Part shown: positions 12,164-21,696 of the stretch, in pieces
Position numbering within the stretch: the first letter of the stretch is position 1
How the letters are laid out: the number at the start of each line of letters is the position of its first letter
DNA from: Antedon mediterranea
Taxonomy: Eukaryota > Animalia > Echinodermata
Assembly: GCF_964355755.1 (NCBI RefSeq)
Contig: NC_092672.1
Span: 4,340,001-4,404,000 of the forward strand
DNA length: 64,000 nt
Reading direction: 5' to 3'
The notes under the pieces: model-generated
Databases searched by the model: none
Told to the model about the DNA's origin: nothing
What the model saw: the letters and a program-made list of their open reading frames with translations, nothing else
Translations under genes and position numbers: made by a program

Positions 12164-15100
12164 ATGGATGGTTCGAAAGAAAGCCAGCTAATTCACATTG
12201 AACCGATTACGCAGGTAAATACATTTGTGTTAATGTTTGTTGATTTATTGTAGCAGGTTAGGCTAGGCCTAGCCATGGATGGAGGATACCTCTGGGCTAG
12301 CTAGCTAGCTAGTTAGGCCTCTAACCTCATTTTCTTCTCTCTCACCTGCCAATCCATTGGAGTTTTCCCCCCATCATCAATCAACCATGCATCATTAAAG
12401 AGTCGCATGCCTGGTTTTTATAGTAAAGTCTGAAATATTTGTTCTAGGTCTATATGGCCAGTCAGGTCCTGGACCATATAAGTGTGCCAATGTGTAATTT
12501 AAGCAAAATAAAAACATTATTTGGCTTCTTTTGTAATTAATTAATAATAATATATTGTGAAATGTAACATTTTTATCTAAAAAAAAGGCATTTTTACTTT
12601 ACTAAATATTTTTCTTTCATAGTAAAATATCACTATCAATTTAGAAGCAAGATTTGATAAAATTGGCAAAGAGGAAGAATAACAAAAATATTCTTTTATT
12701 TTAAGTAAATATTAAAAATAAAATTACAACTTTGCGACTTCAATTTATTTTATTGTATTTTTTATTATTTAAAAAATGACTTTAAAAAATATTATTGAAC
12801 AGTATCATCGTTCATTTTTTATTTAAATGATTACCATTTAATTTGTTTTCAGCTTGTTCATCATGGAATCAAGGCAGATCATGTGACATTTCCCCGTGTA
12901 ACAATGTCATCCAATCGCTGGCTCTGCTGTCGACATACAGATAAAAAGAAAAAAGATGTTGAAAGAGTTACGGCTTTAAATTTAACACGCAAACAACCAC
13001 GAGCACTTTCTTGGCCAATCACAGCTGACTCTGCTATGATGAATCCCCGCAAACCTTGGCTAGCTCTTAAAGGTACTATAAAGGTTTTAGAAATAGAATA
13101 TTCATAATGTATATAGCACCGTTTGATGTAGTCATAGTCATAGTCATATATACTTTATTGTCCATTTAAAAAACAGAAATGTGATTTGAAAACTGGCAAA
13201 ATACAAAAATATAAAATACAATTTACAAAAACACACACAAAAAGTTAAGAGGCTAAAAATTGTTAAAATTAGATAAAAATTATCGGTTACATTTTACCTT
13301 TGTACTCTGGAGTTATATAAGTGTATAGCATTAGGTACAAACGAGCACCTAAACCGTTTTGTTTTGGTATTAAGTGCACGTAGTCTTATGCCAGAATTCA
13401 TGAGAGCAAATTGTTTGTGAAGAGGATGTGTTTCATCATCAATTACAGCAATTGTCCAGTAAAACCCATGATGGGCCTGTAAATCCTCGGTAAACCCTTC
13501 CAGTAGTTTTGGCTAACTACTAAATTTTTGCAGATAATTTCATGAAGTACTTGATGTATACATATTATAACAGCCTTTAAATGAAAGTTTGTGTTCTAAA
13601 TATTGACGTCAAATAAAATTGATTTTTGGGCCAGTGAGAAAACTTATCTACTGGCCAGATTGATGAAGATATTGTTACACATATTGTAGAGTGGTGTAAC
13701 AAAACCAATATGAAACTCAAATTGTTTTGTAATCCAAATAAAAATGTATCCAGTTATATCAAATTTTGTAATTAAATCAATGAATGTTTTATACTGTAAA
13801 TTCAACCCTTTTTTCTGAATTTGTAGATATAAATTCAGTTTTATTTCAATTGTATGATTCACCTACTCATTATTTTAAGTTTCGTTTCCTTTAACACATC
13901 CTTGACTTCCGTCATTTTAGGCTAAAACTTCCTTTAATTGCTATTATTAGTCATATTCGTCTTATTTAAATTATTCTGACAGAAATCTATATTCAAAATT
14001 GAATAATCCTTTGTTGTTTGTACATCCATGCATGTGTGTCACTGTTGATTGGGTGATGACATAATACTTTACTTCATTAATTCATTAAGTTGTGGATCCA
14101 AGGTCCAATCTTTCTACATGTATAATCTTGGATAATTTGTGGTGGTACAGTAGTTTGCTGGGTGACAAGCTAATAATAATAAAAGGATCAAACTGTAAAT
14201 TCAATCTATCTATTGGTATATTTGTATTTTGTGCCTTTAATGTGAAGTTAATTGGCATAAAAGCTGTTACAAACAAGTATCACAGTAATTGAATGAAATA
14301 GATTTAATCATATAGCGCGTCTTATTGTTAATCAGTAGTAAATATTTCGAAATAAAATATCGAATGAATGATGAATGAAAATAAAAACATTTATACTGTA
14401 TATCCTTGGGTTTAATCCCATTTCGGGTCTAATCCCACTTCCTACTTTATGTATGATGTCACTAACAGGCATATCCCCGGGAATAGTCCCAGAATTGACT
14501 TTTTGATGGTCTGGACGTAGGCCTCTCTCTAGCCAGTGCAGATAAGATATGCTTACCAATCATTTTTTATAGTCCACCCCCTAAAGTCAGCCTAATTTGG
14601 TGTTCTAGTGGGGGGGGGGGGGGGGGGGTTATACCAGAGGATATACAGTATATAAAAGGATAAATATACTTTAAATATAATTACTGTATGTAATGGTAAC
14701 ATTTTTTTACAATTTTTTCTGTCAGTTGAGAGTTATTTCCAAGTATTCAACGTAATTGCTCAAAAGCAATTGCATTCGTGTTCACTTAGCGATGACATCA
14801 TCTTCTGGTGCTGGATTAATGACAGCATTATTGGCATGGTAACCGACAGAGCTGTGTATCACTGGGATGTTTCAGGCTCTGGTAAGTTGACCTTTGACTC
14901 TACATTGGATAAATTTCATTTGCAATACTGTATATTCAATTAAATTTATTCCAGCTTTCACATGAACAATACCAAGAATAAAATAACACACATGCTAGAT
15001 ATGGGGGACTCCCAACAGTGAACTCAATAACTTTTGATGGGATGTCCCAGCATTTTCATTCAATAAAATTGATAGTCTAAAGGATCTAAAACAATCATTT

Positions 15101-17416
15101 TCATATTTTGTTTGCTCAAACTTCTACTTACAGGTTCTGAACCACCAGTACTGATGTTTTCAAGAAACAAAAAATTAAGTTTCTGTCAAGTTGTTAGTTA
15201 CAAAACTGATAAAACCGGACAATGGTTTATTTTAGTTGGTCTTACCAGGGCAATAGAGGTATATTATCAAAGACATTATTGTCATTAGGTCTTTTTGTTG
15301 ATTAAAATTGCAGTAGTAAGGTGACGATGCATTTGTTAAGCTGGGTCATCAGTTTTGTTTGGATCACCTCAAGTTATGCCTAGTAACCACAAAGTTATAC
15401 CCTTTCATCCCAACTTACGCCCAATCACCCCAAGTTATTCACGTCAAGTTATGCCCTGTCACTCCAAGTTAGGCTTTGTCTCTATACGTTAGACCCCACC
15501 CACTTCTGGTCAGCAGGACAACCTCTAGGCTGAGTGAATATATATATATTTTGATTTCAGACTGGGGACTGCAATGCAATACGTGGCTATGTTCAAGTTT
15601 ACTCAACAACATACCGCTGCAGTCAACTGATTGAAGCACAAACTGCAAACTTTTCAAGTTATAAATTCTCAGGCAATGTGGCACCATCAACCGTCTTGTG
15701 CTTAGTGAATAGGCCTACGGGATCATATGGCAAGGTAATGGTAAATAAACACATATTGGTACCAAATTTGGCAAGTTGTGCCACACACCTTTTTTAAATA
15801 TAATATACGGTATTTTATTTATCTAACTTGAACTCATGCAATACAGTCAGATAACTTGTGTTGTTGTTGGAATTATTTTTTTTTTTTATTCAAATTTTTT
15901 TTTTCTCATTTGTCGATCTTCTGATGGCATCTGGTTGGTATAATCCCTGGTTCTTAGTTATTCATATAATTTTGACATTACAGATCCATGTTATGGAACT
16001 TGGACCGCACGTACCCGGAAATGCTTCCTTCAGGAATCTTACCGAGCCAGTCAATTTTAGTAAAGGCGGGAAATATGATATACCAATATCTGTCGAGGTA
16101 GGTTCTAACTAATTAATTCTATTGCTGTAGAGAGTTTATTAGCACATTGTACAGTCAAAAGGTTACAGATTATCCCTATTTGATGGCTATGTTAAAGCTC
16201 CGTCTACACTATCAAACTTTATGTGACAAAAAAATGTGATGTGCCCATATATGGACTTGATGATGTCATATCACTACCATATTTAAGCATATCACTACCA
16301 TATTTGAGCACAACATACTTTTTTTTTGTCGAACTAGTTTGATAGTGTAGACAAAGCTTAAGGAAGCAGATTTTTTTTTGAAATTTGGAATTTATTTAGG
16401 TATGTTGTGCCACTGGCTTAGTGTATGTGATGACAAAAGCAGGTTACGTGAAGGTTTGTGATGTGGAATCTGCCATGCATCTCTGTACTGCCAGGGCATC
16501 AGAGTTTACAGTGTTCATTACTGTACCACACTCGGATAAAGGCATTATTGGAGTTAGCAGAAACTGTAAAGTAAGTTTAGTAATTTCATAATGTAAAGCT
16601 TTGTCTTCACTATCAAACTTTATATTTTCAATATCAGTTCTTTCTTCAGATTTGTGCCATATCTTTAGCATTAAACATGACTCTCAAACTTTATGTGACA
16701 AAGAAACTTGATGTGTTCATATATGTACACGATAATGTCATATCAGTATCATATATCACATTTTGTTTGATAGTGTAGACAGGTCCCAACTGAACTGGAA
16801 AAATGAAATGGAAGAATTTATAAAAGCATGGCCAAACTACAGAGGGCACTATATATTTTTTAAATACATCCAAACATAGAGGGTGATATTTAAACATTCT
16901 CATATACAGTATCTATAGTAAATCATAGAGATATTATCTCTATGAGTAAATACAGTAGTTGGTACAGGCATGGAGGTATAAAAAAAGCTAAAAGCCCTGA
17001 AATCATCCGAAGGTAGAGTCATTTGTGTTGAAATGACCAAGTCTGCAGGTAGACCAAATTTGTGATGTCCCCTTCGGGCCATTACCGTTGATTGCTTAAG
17101 GCAATCATTGGCGATAATCCTGAGTTTGTTTTAAAACTCGGATGCAGGAAGTACTCTTCTTTTTTATACCTCCATGGTACAGGCACTTAATAAGCATGAC
17201 ATATGCCAGTATGTATTGTATGTGTATGTATAGTAGAGCATGTTTCTGCAAACAAATAATAAACAAACAAACAATAACATGAATTTAACCTCTTTTATTT
17301 TTAAGGTGTTTCATATGACTGTTAAAGAAAAAGAACTTGTGAATCACATTAGGTCAACATTAAAACGACCAGCAATCGCTAATCGCTTAGAGAGGTCATT
17401 CAGTGGACAGTCATGA
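12164..17416 (+). CDS. Stand-alone clathrin heavy-chain N-terminal beta-propeller protein (373 aa, 8 coding exons)
   Basis: Exons 12164-12214, 12853-13072, 14726-14881, 15134-15258, 15561-15734, 15984-16097, 16400-16570, 17306-17416 (1122 nt), all GT-AG, open frame. Colinear with clathrin residues ~1-360: PITADSAMMNP..LALK (PISADSAIMNP..IALK), FWCWI..MVTDRAVYHW (FWKWI..LVTDNAVYHW), CQVVSYKTD..QW (CQIINYRTD..KW), GKIHVMELG (GKLHIIEVG), GIIGVSR (GIIGVNR). Confidence 0.9.
13127..13455 (-). mobile_element. 3' fragment of a Rex1/Babar-type LINE
   Basis: Minus strand translates DETHPLHKQFALMNSGIRLRALNTKTKRFRCSFVPNAIHLYN (Rex1-type C-terminus), followed by ATGGACAATAAA and a (TGACTA)n tail. Confidence 0.75.
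16969..17176. mobile_element. Non-autonomous P-superfamily-like MITE
   Basis: TIR CATGGAGGTATAAAAAAAG / CTTTTTTATACCTCCATG-type ends; perfect 7-bp TSD GTACAGG (16962-16968 and 17177-17183). Confidence 0.85.
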
Positions 17417-18122
17417 CAAATAGCCAATCAAGATGAATACGTTCATCGACCAATCGTAACGCACCTCAGAGTGGTGTCGTCTTTCAGTGGAAAATCACAG
17501 GTGCCAAAGTGATTTATTTTCTAGTGGCAATCCTTAAGGAGTGCATTTGAAAAGTGCAAGTGGCCAATCATATTAGACAACAGAGTGATGTCATGATTGA
17601 TGAGTGGCCAATAAAGCAAGGCCGACGATCAAATATTCTCTTTCAACAGTACAGTATTTTAAAATTCCAAGAATTATATGTTTTAATCTTGCTTAAAGAT
17701 TATGTTAAAAATTCAACTGAAAACATCTCTATAGATATTTAATTCGCCAAAAATATGCCTGCAATCTCAATTATCTTTCAAATAAACCTTCTTCAAAAGC
17801 TCTAGTATAAACAAATAATTATTTCTTCAGTGGCTTTCATATTTTATTACGGGTGCAAAACTCTTTTAAAACATTTTTTTATCGTTTTAAAATGTTTTTT
17901 ATCTCTTAATTTGTCAGGTACACTTCTGGTTATGATAATAATTGTGCAATAACACAGTACAACTAAACCGTAAAGCTATAAAATCAATGTCATATTTAAC
18001 TTAAGATAAGCTAATCAGAATCTTCCATTTGTTAGAAAGGTAATTTTTCAGCTGTTGTTCAGAGCTTCCAAATGTTTCCTTATAAGAACGAGCGAGGTAA
18101 GATTTGTCTTCCTTGAATTAAC

Positions 18123-18261
18123 TAAAGCTCTGTCTACACTATCAAACTAGTTTGACAAAAAAGTGTGATTTGCCCAAATATGGTAGTGATATGACATCAT
18201 CATGTCCATGGGCACATCACATTTTGTTCACATAAAGTTTGATAGTGTAGACAGAGCTTTA
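18123..18261. mobile_element. High-copy ~130-170 bp MITE family (Harbinger-like, TAA/TTA flanks), representative copy
   Basis: TIR TAAAGCTCTGTCTACACTATCAAACT / AGTTTGATAGTGTAGACAGAGCTTTA. Other full or partial copies at about 1-27, 616-763, 11155-11325, 16193-16360, 16593-16782, 39893-40290, 42400-42514, 44985-45117, 45514-45670, 48187-48349, 51340-51501, 53252-53385, 54659-54700, 61216-61401. Confidence 0.9.
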
Positions 18262-19981
18262 CATTTTTGTCGGTATTTAAATCATGTTTTCAGTAATTCA
18301 TAAATTCATACTTTAATGCATGGTGCTAGAATTTTATTACATAGTATGACAATCATGAATATGCAAATTATATTTAAATTTGAATACATACAGGTGCGCA
18401 AATTCTGCAAAATACCTTCCGATTCAAATTTATTTTGAATTCACATTTTATTTTTATTTTAACTTTACCAAGATACAGGTGCTCAGAACATTGAAGATCT
18501 TGATTATTAAAAAAAGTTTGAAATTGTAAAATAATTTTAAATTTTTTTGAGAGTAATACTAATAGATTTTGTCACCTTTATACTATTTTGTGCAATTTTA
18601 GTATACTTAAATATAAAAAAGAAGTGTTTAAATTTTAAAATAAAAACTAACTGTACTGCTGTACTATTAAGATGTATTAGTGGTTATATCAATGCATTTG
18701 TAAAAAGAAAATGATATGTTCTTCCATAATAATATTTTAATTATTAAAAAGAGAAACTGGAATTGTACATTTTCTATGTACCTTACTTTCTGAAGTATTT
18801 TTGGAAATATTTCCTTGATTTTAAAAATGTGTTTTTAACCGAAAGTTCGGTAAAAATTACCGAATTATTAAATTTTTATCTGTATTATCTTAATTGTATC
18901 CTTTTAAGGAATGGTTTTCATTTATTAAAAAATGGACATGGCATGGACCTGATTTAGGTTGTTAGCTGTTTGTTTAAATAATAATCAACATATGTGTATT
19001 GTATAGCTAAATAGTATTTAAATTATATAGTGTTCAGTTAATAGAAAGCTATTACAGTGTGTTGTATGTATTTCATTCATATTAATTGTAATATTTGTAA
19101 TGTAGGCCTATGTTAAAATAATAAAATTGTTTTAGTTTAATATTAAATGTAAAAATACTACATGTTTTTCAATGTTTGTAAAAAGCTAATATATAAAGGA
19201 AAAAGTAAGTAGTACAAGTATTATATAGTGTAAACCTACTGTAGGATATTTATAGATTTAATATATTTGTTTCAATGAATCATTTAATCTCAAGTTGGAC
19301 AATATTTATTTTATGAAAGTTATTTTAAGGTCTTTCTGAAAAGTATTTATGTAATTAAAACATACTTTTTAGTTAGTTAGAGCAAGCTCTATGCAGGGAG
19401 TTTTTACAACTCCCTGCTCTATGTTACCTTTTATAATTCATCTCCATATATTTCATTTAGTATTCATATTTATTTTCTTTCAATCAACCATATATTTTCA
19501 ATATCAGTTCTTTCTTCATATTTGTGCCATATCTTTAGCATTACAATGCAACTCTTATTTAAAAGGTGCTGCAATGTTTTAATGTTTGAGTTTAGAAATC
19601 CCTTGTAACTGTAAAGAAATATGTTAGTACTGTATTGTGAATGTATATACAGTACAATAAATATTGTAAAAACAACAATACTTCATATTTTGATTATTTG
19701 TATTTATTTATTATTATTATAATAATTGTATTCACAAAATATAATAATAATTTATCATTGATTTTAGCTAATTTTGTAATGCTGCCGAGTTCCGAACTAG
19801 TGTTATTTCAACTGATTTAATCTTTTAAGTACGTAGAAAATTATGTGATAAATAAACAGAGTGGTTTAAAATCCTATATTTTAATACTGCATATATAAAT
19901 TTTGGCAGTGAAGTTAGTTCTATTGAGAAATCGTCACAGATTGGTCAAAATCACTTATTTTGTGCTATCAACTAGACAGTG

Positions 19982-21232
19982 TTAGAAATCCAATGAAGTG
20001 TTACTTGTGCCACCTCCTCCACATCCCTTGGCAGTCTTCAAATGTTCACCCTGTGACCTACTAACCGTCTCTGATAAATCAGGAGGCAGATGTATTTTTT
20101 CTATTGAAAATTTCTTGCGCTTAAGTTTGAATGCTAAGTCTTCAGTATCTAGTGCATAGTTAGCAAGACAGTTCAGCCGTGGAATTTGAACCACATGAAA
20201 CAAGCCATGATATTCCTTGAATGCTGGTGCCTTGTCCTCTCCAGCAAAAGACTCTAACCGGACAACATAGTCACAGAGTCTTTCTATTCTTCTGGAGTAC
20301 ATCTGCTGAAAGAGATGCGTTGGTACTGTTATGGTGCATGCTGCTAAACTCTTTCTAGTGGTTGCTCTCAATTGATGGAGAAACTGGCAGATGGCAGCAT
20401 TTCCTTCAGCGGATGCAATATCTCCCCAAAGTGGTGATCCAAGGGATAGCAAAGCAAGTCTCAAAATATTCTTTGTGGCAGAAGAAGATGTGGTCCTGTT
20501 TGGTACTGTCTGTAAGTTGCAACCAGTAATGTTAATAACTCGTTTTATTTCATTGAGTAAGTGATCAAACTTGGCATTTGTGTCAGAATTGGCATAATCT
20601 TCTGGAGAGCTTGTGGTCTCTTGGTCAAGACTTGTTTGACAATGTTGATAGCACCATAACTTCTCTTTATCAATTTTATTTCCTGGCATTGTCTTTGTGA
20701 GGTCATACACATGACCAAATATGTTGGGTGATGTTGCCAATTCTGTTTTCAACTGAGGTAAGTTCTGGTACCGCCATGCAATCTCCATGTTTCCTTGATG
20801 AGAACCTTTGTCAATTACCGTCTTCTCGGAACTACCAGAAGAACTGCCATGACCCTTTTTAACCTCCCCGGGTGGTTGGACATTTTGAGAGGTAGACAGT
20901 GCACTTTCTACTGGACATGGCAATTCTGTAAGTAAACTATCAGGGTTTGGATCCAAACTTGACAGAAAAGAATAATGACCGCACATCACGCCCTCTGCCA
21001 CAAAATACTTCAGCATCAGGCGAGCAAAACTGGTGTACACATCCTCTTCAATCAGAAGAATGGTACCAACTGCAACACCTCCCCCTAAAATATGATCAAG
21101 CGAAGGGATGCCAGTTGATAGTAGAAGTTGACCATTGTGAAGAGATGGTCGAGTTCCTGCAATTTGAATCCCTTTACCTTGTCCCTTTTTCTGAAAACTT
21201 GAAACAACCCTTCCGCTACTGGGAGCTGCCAT
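19982..21232 (-). CDS. ELP4: Elongator complex protein 4 (416 aa, no introns in CDS)
   Basis: Single ORF with GTRPSLHNGQLLLSTGIPSLDHILGGG..VGTILLIEED, MEIAWRYQ, LAFKLKRKKFSIEKIHLPPDLSE and C-terminal LDF. Confidence 0.96.
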   Translation of the reverse strand: MAAPSSGRVVSSFQKKGQGKGIQIAGTRPSLHNGQLLLSTGIPSLDHILGGGVAVGTILLIEEDVYTSFARLMLKYFVAEGVMCGHYSFLSSLDPNPDSLLTELPCPVESALSTSQNVQPPGEVKKGHGSSSGSSEKTVIDKGSHQGNMEIAWRYQNLPQLKTELATSPNIFGHVYDLTKTMPGNKIDKEKLWCYQHCQTSLDQETTSSPEDYANSDTNAKFDHLLNEIKRVINITGCNLQTVPNRTTSSSATKNILRLALLSLGSPLWGDIASAEGNAAICQFLHQLRATTRKSLAACTITVPTHLFQQMYSRRIERLCDYVVRLESFAGEDKAPAFKEYHGLFHVVQIPRLNCLANYALDTEDLAFKLKRKKFSIEKIHLPPDLSETVSRSQGEHLKTAKGCGGGGTSNTSLDF

Positions 21233-21696
21233 TTTATTAATATTTTATTTTAGTAACGGTCTATTTCACCGCAAAAGTATATATAGCCTAATGTTAATCT
21301 ATACAATGAGTGAATTTACTTCCGTTTTAATAGAAAGGAAAACGGTCAATTAAAAAAGTAAAATAAATGCACAGAACAGTAAAAAGAATTACTTATTATA
21401 AAGATATTATGATTTATAGAAACTCAATATGTTTATTTTAATCATTTAAATATTATTTAATTGTGTTTATTGTTTACTAAATTCTCGCAATTATAGTGTA
21501 CAATCATAAAATTATTGTTTCTGAAGTTGCTTCTCATGTATTTTAGCAGCCACTAGCAGTAAACATCTGTCGCCAAGTGGAAAATCACTAGAGCGTGAAG
21601 CTCACGTTGTTTCACACACTCCCTCTTTCTTCACTCTTCGCTCATCTAGAAAGTTCCATTTTTGTACACTGTTTGTGATTTAGTTTACAGGTAAAA
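21233..21696. promoter_or_regulatory. Probable bidirectional promoter ELP4/CCT6, with a near-consensus heat-shock element at 21644-21656
   Basis: Divergent ATGs 464 bp apart; ATCTAGAAAGTTC matches TTCnnGAAnnTTC with one mismatch. Confidence 0.45.

Noticed and set aside
17395-19980. Continuation of the clathrin-like gene into leg domains via a donor before the stop
   Set aside because: Only a weak AG|GTCATT donor; no clathrin-like coding sequence seen downstream, and ELP4/CCT6 follow within 2.6-4.3 kb.
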